Below, piece after piece: positions 24,752 to 38,000 of a stretch of 64,000 nt of DNA. The position numbers and the translations under genes are program-made. Under the pieces are notes generated by a model, which saw nothing but the letters and a program-made list of their open reading frames with translations, ran no database searches and was not told the DNA's origin. Source of the DNA: Squalus acanthias (taxonomy: Eukaryota); NCBI GenBank assembly GCA_030390025.1, contig CM059432.1, positions 48,734,001-48,798,000 of the forward strand. The letters are read 5' to 3'. How positions within the stretch are numbered: the stretch's first letter is position 1; the number at the start of each line of letters is the position of its first letter.

Positions 24752-25180
24752 CTTTTTTTTATTCATTCATGGGATGTGGGCCTCGCTGGCAAGGCCAGCA
24801 TTTATTGCCCATCCCTAATTGCCCTTGAGAAGGTGGTGGTGAGCTGCCTTCTTGATAACTGATTGGCTTGCTAGGCCATTTCAGAGGGCAGTTAAGAGTC
24901 AACCACATTGCTGTGGGTCTGGAGTCACATATAGGCCAGACCGGGTAAGGGCGGCAGGTTTCCCTCCCTAAAGGACATTAGTGAACCAGATGGGTTTTTA
25001 CGACAATCCGGTAGTTTCATGGTCACCATTACTGATACTAGCTTTTTATTTCAGATTTATTTCATTAACTGAATTTAAATTCCCCAGCTGCCGTGGTGGG
25101 ATTTAAACTCATGTCTCCGGTTCATTAGTCCAAGCCTCTGGATTACTAGTCTAGTAACATAACCACTATGCTACCGTTCC
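24752..25180 (-). mobile_element. tRNA-derived SINE (third family)
   Basis: Minus strand begins GGTAGCATAGTGGTT (A box) with GAGTTTAAATCCC (B box-like) and ends in an A-rich tail. A degenerate relative lies at about 50505-50725. Confidence 0.7.
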
Positions 25181-25184
25181 CTAA

Positions 25185-25610
25185 AATACTGAAGGCACAG
25201 CCAAAGAGGTAAGTTTTGAGGAGGCTTTCGAAGTAGGAGAGCAGGGCAAAAAGACATAGGAAGAAAAATGTCACATTGTGGAAACATTGGAGTAGACTTG
25301 CCACCAGGTGTAAAACTGATATTGCAGATTGGCCACCCGTTATAGAAAGTGTCTGATTTTCATTTCCAATTAAATCAATGGCAAGTTGAAAATCTACCCT
25401 ACGGTGACTGCAAGTTCTACCACCAATGGTGGAGCAGAGGTAGGCACAACCAAACAGGAGAGCAGAGTTGAAGGAGTGAAGGACACATGCAGAAATATAG
25501 GACTGGAGAAGACTGCAGAGGAAGGGAGGAGTGAGGCCATGGAGTGATTTAGAGACATTGACAACAATTTGGAAATCGATACATTGGGAAACAGGGAGGT
25601 CGGCAATATT
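25185..25610 (-). mobile_element. L2 3' fragment
   Basis: Translation remnants IDFQIVV..KSLHGLTP and FESLLKTYLF are typical of the L2 ORF2 end. Confidence 0.6.
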
Positions 25611-26261
25611 AAACCTTAGCAGTGGCGAAGGGAACAAGACTCAGACATGTCATAGAATCATAGAAAGTTACAGCACGGAAGGAGGCCATTTCAGCCCATC
25701 GTGTCCGCGCCGGCCAACAAAGAGCTATCCAGCCTAATCCCACTTCCCAGCTCTTGGTCCGTAGCCCTGCAGGTTACAGCATCCCAAGTGCACATCCAAG
25801 TACTTTTTAAATGTGGTTAGGGTTCCTGCCTCTACCACCCTTTCAGGTAGTGAGTTCCAGACCCCCACAACCCTCTGGGTGAAGAAATTTCCCCTCAAAT
25901 CCCCTCTAAACCTTCCACCAATTACTTTAAATCTGTGCCCCCTGGTTTTTGACCCCTCTGCTAAGGGAAATAGGTCCTTTCTATCCACTTTATCTAGGCT
26001 CCTCATAATTTTATACACCTCAATAAGGTCTCCCCTCAGTCTCCTCTGTTCCAAGGAAAACAAACCCAGCCTATCCAGTCTTTCCTCATAGCTAAGATTC
26101 TCTACTCCCGGCAACATCCTTGTAAATCTCCTCTGTACCCTCTCTAGTGCAATCACATCTTTCCTGTAATGTGGTGACCAGAACTGCACGCAGTACTCTA
26201 GCTGAGGCCTAACTAGTGTTTTATACAGTTGAAGCATAACCCCCTGCTCTTGTATTCTATG

Positions 26262-27515
26262 ATGCGGAGATGCCGGTGTTGGACTGGGGTGGACAAAATT
26301 GAGAGGTCGCACAACACCAGGTTATAGTCCAACAGTTTTATTTGAAATCACAAGCTTTCGGAACTATCGCTCCTTCCTCAGGTGAAGTAAATTGGATACA
26401 GAATCGTCAGAGCATATATAGATGGAAAAAAAAGCATGTGTACTTTACAATTGCAGACCAATAAATTAAATCATCCTGACTATCTGCCGAGGTGTGATAA
26501 AGTTAATTAAGTCAGCCAGGAAGGTACCACATCAAAAGACATAGCAAGATACAACTGAGACAATGAGGTGAAGTCGCAGGGGTTCTAACGTGTCAAAAGC
26601 TGCCGTCTGTATGTAAAACGAAAAGCTTTAAAAAAAAAAAAAAAAATTACTTTTTTACTGGGAAAATTTTTACTTTTTTACTGGGAATCACATCTGTGAA
26701 CAAGCTAACGACGACTCGAGTCCGGATCACGTCATGTATCGTGACATAAACCCAAGATCCCGATTGAGACCGTCTTCATGAGTGCGGAACTTGGCTATCA
26801 GTTTCTGCTCGATGATTTTGCGTTGTCGTGTGTTTCTAAGGTTGCCTTGGAGAACGCTTACCCGCAGATCCGAGGCTGAATGTCCTTGACTGCTGAAGTG
26901 TTCCCCGACTGGGAGGTAACAATCCTGCCTGGCGATTGTTGCGCGGTGCTCGTTCATACGTTGTCTCAGTGTCTGCATGGTCTCGCCGATGTACCATGCC
27001 GCGGTGCATTCTTTCCTGCAACGTATGAGGTAGACAACGTTGGCCGAGTCACATGAGTATGTACCATGTACCTGGTGGGTAGTGTCCTCACGTGTGATGG
27101 TGGTATCTGTGTTGATGATCTGGCATGTCTTGCAGAGTTTGCCATGGCAGGGTTGTGTGGTGTCGTGGTCGCTGTTATCCTGAAAGCTGGGTAATTTGCT
27201 GCGAACGATGGTACTTCTGAGGTTAGGCGGCTGTTTGAAGGCAAGTAGTGGAGGCGTGGGGATGGCCTTAGCGAGGTGTTTGTCGTCATCGATGACATGT
27301 TGAAGGCTCCGAAGAACATGTCGTAGTTTCTCCGCTCCGGGGAAGTACTGGACGACGTAGGGTACCCTGTTGGTTGTGTCCCGTGTTTGCCTTCTGAGGA
27401 GGTCTATGCGATTTTTCGCTGTGGCCCGTCGGAACTGTCGATCGATGAGTCGAGCGTCATATCCCGTTCTTACGAGGGCGTTTTTCAGCGTCCGTAGGTG
27501 TCCATCGCGTTCCTC
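26262..27515 (-). mobile_element. 5'-truncated Penelope-like element, family A (RT thumb, Cys linker, GIY-YIG endonuclease, pLTR)
   Basis: CHGKLCKTC and NVVYLIRC...WYIGET...RMNEH motifs; 13 bp TSD CTTGTATTCTATG (26249-26261, 27516-27528). Confidence 0.92.
26348..26385 (-). ncRNA. Minimal hammerhead ribozyme motif (PLE family A), sense to RALYL
   Basis: Minus strand reads TCAC-CTGAGGA-A-GGAGC(GATA)GTTCC-GAAA-GC-TT-GTGA. Confidence 0.75.
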
Positions 27516-27900
27516 CTTGTATTCTATGCCACGGCTAATAAAGGCAAGCATTCCATATGCCTTCTTAACCACCTTATTATCTACCTGGCCTGCTACCTTC
27601 AGGGATCTGTGGACATGCACTCCAAGGTCCCTTTGTTCCTCTACACTACTCGGTCTCCTACCATTTAATGTGTATTCCCTTTCCTTGTTAGCCCTCCCCA
27701 AATGCATTACCTCACACTTCTCCGGATTTAATTCCATTTGCCACTGTTCTGTCTACCTGACCAATTTATTGATATCTTCCTGCAGTCTACAGCTTCCTTC
27801 TTCAGTGTCAACCACACAGCCCATTTTAGTATCATCTGCAAACTTCTTAATCATACCCCCTATATTCAAGTCTAGATCATTGATATATAGCACAAAAAGC

Positions 27901-28293
27901 TGTATGAAGTTAACCACAGAACTCTATACAAAGTCCAAATGTACAATGGTACCATTAACTGGGATGGTTTCACAGAACAGAACAAGTTTAGCATGAGCTT
28001 TAGTGATACTCTGCCACAAGCATTATAGGTAACAGGATGGTATGTGCAGGCGATGACACTTTATGCATATGTGATGTCAATCCTGGAAATATGTGATGGG
28101 CTGTGAGCTTGTAAAAAAGTTTTTGTAAAAAAGAGATTGTATCTCTGCAGACAAATTGCTTTCTGTGTTTATATACTGTGTAATAGATTCCCTCATTGTA
28201 CCTTTACCTGACGAAGGGGCAACAGCTCCGAAAGCTCGTAATTTTAAATAAAACTGTTGGACTATAACCTGGTGTTGTGCGACTTCTCATTTT
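27901..28293 (+). mobile_element. Penelope family A 3' end fragment
   Basis: Ends in the hammerhead motif plus the AATAAAACTGTTGGACTATAACCTGGTGTTGTGCGAC tail. Confidence 0.7.
28204..28241 (+). ncRNA. Minimal hammerhead ribozyme motif (PLE family A)
   Basis: TTAC-CTGACGA-A-GGGGC(AACA)GCTCC-GAAA-GC-TC-GTAA. Confidence 0.75.
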
Positions 28294-28294
28294 T

Positions 28295-31060
28295 GGCAAA
28301 AGGTGGGAAGTGATGTTCCACAATGATTGGTGCTGAGACCACTGTTGTTCACGATTTACATAAAAGATTTGGACTCAGGAATCGGAAGTAAAATTTCAAA
28401 ATTTGCGGATGACACCAAATTGGGGTTATAGTTAAAACAGAGGAGGACGGTGACAAAATACAGGAAGACATAAATAAACTTGCAGAATGGGCGTGTAATT
28501 GGCAAATAAACTTCAATAGAGATAAGCAGAAAAAGGGTGTGTATAACAGATGTCAGCTTGATAATACAAGGGAGAATCAAAAGGCATGGATGAGGTACTA
28601 AATGAATACCTTGCCTCAGTGTTTACCAAGGAAGAGGACTTTGCCAAAGTTACGGTAAACGAGGAGGTTGTTGGGATACTGGATGAGATAAAAACAGATA
28701 AAGAGGAGGTACTAGAAAGGCTGGAGTTACTTAAAAGTGGATAAGTCACCCAGTCCAGATGCAATGCATCCTAGGTTGCTGAAGGAAGTAAGGGTAGAAA
28801 TTGCGGCGGTGCTGGCCACAATCTTCCAATCCTCTTTAGATACAGGGGAGATGCCAGACGACTGGAGGATTGCAAATGTTACACCCTTGTTCAAAATAGG
28901 GGAGAAGGATAAACCTGGCAATTACAAGCCAGTCAGTTTAACGTCGGTGATGGGGAAGTTTTTAGAAACAATAATCCGGGAGAAAATTAACAGCCACTTA
29001 GACAAGCATAGACTAATAAAGGAGAGCCAGCATGGATTTGTTAATGGCAAATCGTGTTTAACTATCTTGATTGAGTTTTTAGATGAAGTAATAGAGAAGG
29101 TGGATGAGCGCAGTGCAACTGATGTTGTGCATATGGTCTTTCAAAAGGCATTTGATAATGTGCCACATATTAAGCGTGTTTGCTAAATTGAAGCCCATGG
29201 GATAAAAAGGGCAGTAACAGCATGGATAGAAAATTGGCTAAGGGATAGAAAACAGAAAGTTGTGATGAATGGTTGTTTTTCCAACTGAAGGGAGGTATAC
29301 AGTGGCGTTCCCCAAAATTCAGCACTAGAACCACTGCTATTTTTGATATACATTAATGAATTGGACTTGGGGGTACAGAGCACAATTTTTTAATTTGCAG
29401 ATGACACAAAACTTGGAAGTGTAGTAAACCATGAGGAAGAGAGTAATAGACTTCAAGAGGACATAGACAGGCTGGTAGAATGGGAAGACACGTGGCAGAT
29501 GAAATTCAACACAAAAAAGTGTGAGGTGATACATTTCGGTAGCAAGAATGAGGAGAGACAATACAAGCTAAATGGTACAATTTTACAGGGGGTGTAAGAG
29601 CAGAGACCAGGGATGGGGTGGGGGGGGGGGTGGCACAAATCTTTGAAGGTGGCAGGACAGGTTAACAAAGCAGTTAATAAAGCATATGGGATCCTGGGCT
29701 TTATAAACAGAGGCAAAGAGTGCAAAAGCCGGGAGGTTTGCTAAACCTGTATAAAACACTAGTTCAGCCCCAGCTGGAGTATTGTGTCCAATTTTGGGCA
29801 TCATACTTTACAAAGGATGTGAAAGCTTTGGAGAGGGTACAGAAGTGATTTACTGGAATGGTTCCAGGGATGAAGTATCACAGTTACGTGGATAGACTGG
29901 AGAAGAGAAAGTTATGAGGAATTTTGATAGAGGTGTTTAAAATCATGAAGGGTTTAGATAGAGTAACTAAAGAGAAATGGTTTGCAATGGCTGAAGGGTC
30001 GATAACCAAAGGCCACAGATTTAAGATGATTAGCAAAAGAACCAGAGGCGACATGAGGAAAAACTTTTCTATGCAACGAGTGGTTAGGATTTGGAATGCA
30101 CCTGATAGGGTGGTGGATACAGATTCAATAGTAGCCTTCAAAAGTGAATTGGATAAATACTTGAAGGGGAAAAAATAACAGGGATATGGGGAAAGAGCTG
30201 AGGGCGGGGGGGGGGGGGGGGGGGAAACTAACTGGATTGCTCTTCGAAAGAGTCGGCGCAGACCTGATGGGCCGAATGGCCTCCTTCTATGATTCTATAA
30301 GTGTGAGGTGGTATATTTTGGTCGGAAGAATAAAAAGGCCTCATACTCCTTGGCGAATGAGTGTCTAAATAGGGTAGACGAGCAGAGTGATCTGGGGGTA
30401 CAGATACACAAATCACTAAAAGTAGCGATGCAGGTTAATAAAGCCATAAAAAAAGCAAACAAGGCATTGGGCTTTATTTCTAGAGGTATAGAATTGAATA
30501 GCTGAGAAGTTATGTTAAACTGGTATAGAACCTTGGTTAGCCCACAGTACTGTGAACAGTTCTGGTCTGCATATTATAAAAAGGATATAGAGGCACTGGA
30601 GAAGGTGCAAAAAAGATTTACTAGGATGATACTAGAACTGAGAGGTTATACCTATCAGGAAAGATTGAACAGACAGGGGCTCTTTTCTTTGGAAGAGAGA
30701 AGACTAAGGGGTGGCCTGATAGAGGTCTTTTATGAAACGGTTTGATAGGGTAGACGTAGAGAATATATTTCCACTTGTGGGGGAGACTAGAACTAGGAGC
30801 CGTCAATATAAGATAGTCACTAATAAATCCAATAGGGAATTCAGGAGAAACCTCTTTACCCAGAGAGTGGCTAGATTGTGGAACTCGCCACCACAAGGTG
30901 TAGTTGAGGTGACTAACATAGATGCATTTAAGGGGAAGCTAGATAAACACATGAGAAGGAAAGGAGTAGAAGGATATGTTGATGGGGTTAGATGATGAAG
31001 GGTGGGAGCATGGACCTGTTGGGCTGAATGGCCTATTTCTACGCTGTAAATGCTTGTAAT
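28295..31060 (+). mobile_element. Stack of nested or abutting degenerate CR1 fragments
   Basis: KSPSPD..HPRLLKE, W.IANVTPLFK and QHGF motifs, RT C-terminal motifs repeated, and two CR1 3' UTRs (about 30290 and 31050). Confidence 0.88.
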
Positions 31061-32284
31061 TTGCCAAATCCCAGCCCTCCCCAGAAGTTTCTGCTGGCCT
31101 TGTTGGAGATGGAGATTCCGCCTGCCCCAAACAAGGTCCACAATGTAGCAGCGTGCTTGGCCGGGATTGAAGAGCAGTAGTCGCTTATGCCGAGTGCAAC
31201 TAGGCTCGTTCAACAGCAGATGTAGGGCCCACTTTTGGAGTCCAGGCTTGGGAAATGGCCTGGACCCCAGATGATTTCAGTCACTTTTGACTTTTTCTCT
31301 GCCTCCTTATAAAGGATTCAGCACACTCTGCGGCCTCCTGGAGTGGATGGGCACCTGAGATACGCCCCTAGTTGTGCAGGAACCAGTCTGTCGTATTTAA
31401 TATAGGTAACCTCCCATTCACTCTGCTATTTCTGTATACACAAATCTGAAATTATTCTACCAGTTCTCATTTTCTGTGAGGTAATTTTTACTTTGTGCAT
31501 TACACTAAATAAATACTGTGATATGCAGCTGAATTCCCCAAGTAATATAAAAACATAGAAATGAACAACATCGGGAAGTACTTTATAAAGACAAAACCAA
31601 GGAAAATATTATCATGTGACAAACACTAAAGTTTTATGAGCGGTTTTGATTTTTTTTGGTGGTACAAAACCATTTTTCCTCATAATGTTCATGCATTAAT
31701 AAACTCTCATCTCCTGTGTTTCATTATACAAAGCACTCAGCCCAATCTGTTTGAATTAACTAGCTGGTGAATGACAAAAAAATTTTCACTCAGCAGCCTG
31801 ACACTATTAGCTGGAGAGTGTTGATCAGAGCGTCAACACATTGGTTTTCCATTCGGAAGGGAAAAAAGACATCCTACGCTCTCGTTACCTAAAGCTAAAC
31901 TTGAAGAAAGGCACTCTTCATAGTGAGCGTGATGCTTTTGTTCTTCCAATTTTAAGTAATAAAGGATGGCTGTCAGTAGTGTACCAAGATATTGAGGATA
32001 GGTAGGCTAATTGAATGATGAGACCATAGGTTTCATCCTTCAATCAATCTGCTCTTTTTAGTTCCTTAGTACAGTATAGACAGAGACCATTATTACTGTT
32101 CGATCATATCTTCTGTTGGGTATGAAGTAATTCCTCTGTTTTGCTGCATTTGTTGCAAACTTGTTGGATTCCCCACAACTATTAAAGCAGTGCACAAACT
32201 CTGGCAGCAGAACTGTCACAATTACCACCTCACAAAAGACTGGTCAGTTGAATTAATAACTTTTAGAAAGTGCTAAACTAGTTC

Positions 32285-33305
32285 TAGTTCCTTCTTGAAA
32301 CCCATTACGGTTTCTTGTTCCACAACCTGTTCTGATAATCTGTTCCACATACTCACCATTCTTTTAGTAAAAAAAAGTTATTTTTGCATTTTCTATTTTC
32401 TTTTATTGTCAGGAATTTGTAAATATTACCCCATGTACTTAAATGCTGTATGCAGCAGAAAAGCTTACTTGGATCCAAACTTTCATAATTATAAATACTT
32501 CTATCATATCCCCTCTCAGTCTTCTCTTTTTGAGAGACAAAAGGGTAGTTAATCTTTCCTCATACATCAATGCCTTATTTTCTGGGATCAACCATGTAAC
32601 CCTTCTCTGTACCCCCTCCAATAACTGAATATCCCTTTTGAAATAGGGAGACCAAAATTGCACGCTGTACTCAAGATGTGGTCTTACTAGGGCCAAATAC
32701 AGTTTTAAAATGACCTCATTAGATTTATATGTTATACCCCTTGCTATGCATATCAAAAATCTGTTTGCTTTTTTAACAGCTTGGGAACATTGTACTGATG
32801 TTTTTAGTGACCTGTCCATTAAAACCCCCAAGATCTTTCTCCTGCTCTGATACTTCAAGTACATTCCCATTTAGCACATAATCCACATCAATCTTCAACC
32901 TGCCAAATTTCATAACCTTACACTCCCTGTATTAAATGCATCTGCCATTTCTCCGTCAAGGTTGTCAAGATTTTTTTGAATTTGCGTACAATGATATTCA
33001 TTATTTGCCACAGCTCCCTATTTGGTATAATCTGCAAATTTGGACACAATTCTACTAGGTCTGTTACCTCCTCAAAAAAATCCAATAAATTGGTCAAGCA
33101 TGACCTCCCACTCCAAAAAAGAATGCTGACTGTTTTGGATTAGCTTTTGGCCCCCAAGATGCTCCCTTATATTATCCCTCATAATACTTTCAAACACTTT
33201 CCCAACAGTGAAAGCAAAGCTTGCAGGTTTATAATTTGATGGTTCATCCCTCGCCCCATTTTTGAGGATGAGGGACATATTTGCCACATTCCAATATTCT
33301 GGTTG
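32285..33305 (-). mobile_element. Old degenerate CR1 fragment
   Basis: LYLALVRPHLEYSVQFWSP and W.VANM..I.K.G.R..P.NY.P remnants. Confidence 0.8.
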
Positions 33306-33724
33306 ATGTATCTTCAATTAATCGTCAGTGGGTAAAATGCAGCTGAAGCAACTCATTTACAATTGAAGATTTTTTTTTTCCAGCGGTTACTGAATTTAAA
33401 ACACATTGGGGACTAAATTCCATAGCCCCTGAAAACAGGCGCGATTAGCCCCCTCCCTTTGAGTTCGATGCAGGCAGCACATAAACTTCGTGCTGCCTGC
33501 TAATTGATAAATGATAGTAGTGTGCAGCCCAGCACTGAACACGCTGTAGAGTGGCTGCACGCCTTAGCAGGGGGCCCAAGTTTGTGCAAGCCTAGCACTA
33601 CTTAAAGCCAGCCTGCACCTCTTAAAGGGGAGGTGCATTCTGGCTGCAGCAAGTGCTGGAAATGGCTGGGGGGGGGGGGGGGGGGGGGTGGGGGTAAGAG
33701 CATGAACAAGAAGAAGAAGTACTA

Positions 33725-33960
33725 ATGGCACAACAGGGCAGAGAGTCTGCAATAAGATTTTCTGATGCACCACTGGAGGCCTTGGTGCAGGAGGTGGACA
33801 GGACGAGAGAGGCCCTCTATCTACAGGGAGCTAGGAGGATGTCCAGACAAACTGTGAGAAGGCAATTTGAGCAGATAGCTATCGCGGTCAATGCCAGCCC
33901 CGCCCGAGGATCTGGTTGCAGTGCCAAAAGAAATTTAATGACCTCACATGAGTGATTAAG
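33725..33960 (+). pseudogene. Harbinger Myb/SANT-like DNA-binding protein, first exon (disrupted)
   Basis: RFSDAPLEALVQEV...EQIAIAVNA then, after a frameshift, WLQCQKKFNDL; followed by donor AAG/GTCAGT at 33961. Confidence 0.8.
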
Positions 33961-34172
33961 GTCAGTGAATTCATCTTCAAATGCCATATCCTTTCAACTG
34001 AACCACTAGGCTCAGACACTGCTCAATTCATCCGCCCCCCACCCACTGCACCCCCAACCCCCCGACTTCACTCACCTACCAACAATCTGATAAGAACATA
34101 AGAAATAGGAGCAGGAGTAGGCCATTCAGCCCTTCGAGCCTGCTCCGCCATTCAATAAGATCATGGCTGATC

Positions 34173-34408
34173 ACAGAATCCCCACAGTGCAGATAGAGGC
34201 CATTTCGGCCCATCGAGCTTGCACCGACACATATCCCACCCTATCCCCGTAACCCCACTTATTTAATCCCCCCTAACACTAAGGGTCAATTTATCATAGC
34301 CAAATCAACCTAACCCGCACATCTTTGGACTGTGGGAGGAAACCGGAGCACCCGGAGGAAACCCACGCAGACACGTGGAGAATGTGCAAACTCCACACAG
34401 ACAGTCAC
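34173..34408 (-). mobile_element. HE1-like V-SINE (5'-truncated)
   Basis: V-domain TGTGTGGAGTTTGCACATTCTCC.CGTGTCTGCGTGGGTTTCCTCCGGGTGCTCCGGTTTCCTCCCACAGTCCAAAGA on minus; TSD CTGATC (34167-34172, 34409-34414). Confidence 0.88.
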
Positions 34409-35012
34409 CTGATCTTCTACCTCAACACCACCTTCGTGCATATCCCTTGATTCCCTTAGTATCTAAAAATCTATCGATCTCTGTCTTGAATACACTCAAT
34501 GACTGAGCATCCACAGCTCTCTGGGGTAGAGAATTCAAAAGATTCACAACCCTTTGAGTGAAGAAATTTCTCCTCATCTCAGTCCTAAATGGCTAACCCC
34601 TTATTCTGAGACTGTGACCCCTAGTTCCAGACTCCCCAGCCAGGGAAACATCTGCCCAGCAACTACCCTATCAAGCCCCTTAAAAATGTTATATGTTTCA
34701 ATGCGATCACCTCTCATTCTTCTAAACGCTAGAGAATATAGACCTAGTTTACTCAATCTCTCCTCATAGGACAATCCCATCATCCCAGCAATCTAGTGAA
34801 CATCCTAGTGAACTTACATTGCAATCCCTCTAAAGGAAGTTTATCCTTTCTTTGGCAACGGGAGCAAAACTGTACACAGTACTCCAGATGTGTTCTTACC
34901 AAGGCATTATATAATTGTACTACGACTTCTTTACTCTTATACTCTAATTCCTTTGTAATAAAGGCTAACATAGAATTTTCTTTCCTATTTGCTTGCTGTA
35001 CCTGTATGTTAA

Positions 35013-38000
35013 ACCTCCACAACACCCTGGTCCACTCCTCAATCATCCCCAACAGCCCCTCCCCTACCCTCCCCATGGTACCTTTCCGTACAAGTGCAGG
35101 AGATGCAACACCTGCCCTTTTACCTCCTCCCTTCCCACTGCCCAGGGCCCCAAACACTCCTTCCAGGTGAAACAGCGATTTACTTGTACTTCTGTCACTT
35201 TAATTCTCCGCTGCACTCCCACTCTGACCTCTCTGTCCTCGGCCTCTTACACTGTTCCAAGCTCAACGTAAGCTCAAGGAACAGCACCTCATCTTTCGAT
35301 TTGGCACTTTACAGCCTCTGGACTCAACATTGAGTTTAACAACTTCAGACCATAACCTCTGCGACAGCTGTTGATTATTCTGCCATTCCCAGTTGCAACA
35401 TTTAATCTCTCCTGCCTTCCACCCTATCACAGACCGTCCCTTTTGTTCTTTCCTCCCCTTCCCCCTTTCCCTGCCTCTGCACCTGCTTAAAATCTGTTAC
35501 ATCTCTAACTTTTTCCAGTTTTGACGAAGGGTCACAGACCTGAAACGTTAGCTCTATTTCTCTCTCCACGGATGCTGCCTGACCTGCTCAGTGTTTCCAG
35601 CATTTTCTGTTGTTATTTCAGATTTCCAGCATCCGCAGTATTTCACTATTGTATTAGTGTTTGGTTCACTGCCACTTCTCTTCCAGGAATGCCCACCTTG
35701 AAGAAGTTCTGCTCTTCTCTCCGACGGGATTTCCGTTTGTCTCTTCAACCTTGTTCATCTTCATTACTTTCTGTTTCCCTTCTCGTGTTTGATCAGATAT
35801 CTACCAAGACTCGTTTTCACAGCCACATCTCTTTCCTCAGCAACTGTCTCCGGTCTCGACTTATTCCACGTGGATTCCAACTGAAATTTCACCCTTCGTG
35901 CTTCGGATCCACCCAGGATTACAGATATCTCCAAGATATTCAGCGTTCCTCGAACTACAGCTCTCACTGCATCCTGAGATCCACGCTCAACGCCATGCGT
36001 CGCCACATGAACACTCTTGACCTCTCTCTTCAGCAGCACCGACTCACTCTATCTCAAAGCTGTCCTGGTCCGCAGTTCCATTTCATCCTTCGCCTCATCT
36101 GGCGCTTCAACAACAAACTTTTTTTCTTCCTTTCAGGTGTCAAGGATCGCAAGCTTTAACAACTCTTGGATACCAACACCCCTCCGGAACTTTCTTCCCC
36201 TTCACTTTCCTCTGACCCCATCCCTTCTTCCAATCTCACCCCCTGCCGTGTTTTCACTATCCCCTCTGACCTTCCCCTCTCTAACCCCGAACGATCAGTC
36301 CTCAGCAAAGGCCTGAGCTTCTTCCCCTTACACCCCCACCTCAATGAATTTTGAGCACGGCAAGATGCCGAGCTCCTTTTCCGTCGCCTTCGTCTCCGTG
36401 CCCACTTCTTTGGCCAGGAGTCATCCCCCACACAGTGGACCCTTTCTCCCGCTTTCAGACTCCTCCCTCTGGCCTCTTACACTCTGTAGATCTTTTCATT
36501 GCTAACTGCCGGCGTGACGTCAGCTGTCTTAATTTCTCTGCTCCCCTCACTCACTCCAACCTACCTCCCTCTGAACTTGCAGCACTCCGTTCTCTCCGAT
36601 CCAACCCTAACATTGTCATTAAACCTGCTGACAAGGGTGGTGCTGTTGTTGTTTGGCGGACCGACCTCTACCGTGCGGAGGCTGAACGCCAACTCTCTGA
36701 CACCTCCTCCTACCTTCTCCTGGACATGACCCCACTACCAAACATCAAGCCATTGTTTCCAAGACTGTCACTGACCTCATCTCCTGTGGAGATCTTCCCT
36801 CCATGGCTGTCAACCTCATAGTTCCCCAACCCCGCACAGCCTGCTTCTACCTCCTTCCCAAGATTCACAAACAGGGCTGCCCTGGTAGACCCATCGTTTC
36901 AGCCTGTTCTTGCCCCACGGAACTGATTTCTTCCTATCTCGACTCTATTTTTTCTCCCCTTGTCCAGTCTCTTCCTCACCTACATTCGCGACTCTTCTGA
37001 TGCCCTTTGCCACTTTAACAGTTTCCAGTTTCCTGGCCCCAACTGTCTCCTTTTCACTATGAACATCCAATCCCTCTACACCTCCATCCCCCACCAGGAT
37101 GGCCTGAGGGCGCTCCACTTCTTCCTTGAACAGAGGCCCAACCAGTCCCCATCCACCACCACCCTCCTCCGCCTGGCTGAACTTGTTCTCACATTGAACA
37201 ACTTCTCCTTTGACTCCACTCACTTCCTCCAACTTAAAGGTGTTGCTATGGGAACCAGCATGGGCCCCTAGCTATGCCTGCCTTTTCGTGGGATATGTGG
37301 AACATTCTTTGTTCCAGTCCTACTCAGGTCCCCTCCCGCACCTCTTTTTCCGGTACATTGATGACTGTATTGGTGCCGTTTCCTGCTCTTGCCCTGAACT
37401 AGAAAATTTCATTCACTTTGCTTCCAATTTCCACCCTTCCCTCACCTTCACATGGTCCATCTCCGACTCTTCCCTTCCCTTCCTCGACTTCTCTGTCTCC
37501 ATTTCTGGAGATAGGCTATCAACAAACATCCACTACAAGCCCATTGATTCCCACAGCTACCTGGACTACACTTCCTCCCACCCCGCTTCCTGTAAGGACT
37601 CTATTCCATTCTCCCAGTTTCTCCATCTCCGCCGCATCTGTTCTAACGATGCCACTTTCCATAGTAGTGCTTTCGATATGTCTTCCTTTTTCTTCAACCG
37701 AGGATTCCCCTCTACCGTGGTTCACACGGCCCTCGACCGTGTCCATTCCATTTCCCGCACTTCTGCTCTCACCCCTTCCCCTCCCTCCCAAAACCACGAT
37801 AAGGTTCCCATTGTCCCCACCTTTCACCACACCAGCCTTCACATTCAACGAATCATCCTCCGCCATTTCCGCCAACTCCAGCGTGATCCCACCACCAAAC
37901 ACATCTTCCCCTCCCCTCCCCTTTCAGCTTTCCGAAGGGACTGCTCCTTTCGCGACACCCTGGTCCACTCCTCAATCACCCCCAACAGCCCCTCCCCTCC

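Larger units (their letters stand above)
25651..27900 (-). mobile_element. CR1 LINE 3' part, interrupted by a Penelope-like insertion
   Basis: RT C-terminal motifs on both sides of 26262-27515; CATAGAAT tail at 25651. Confidence 0.9.
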
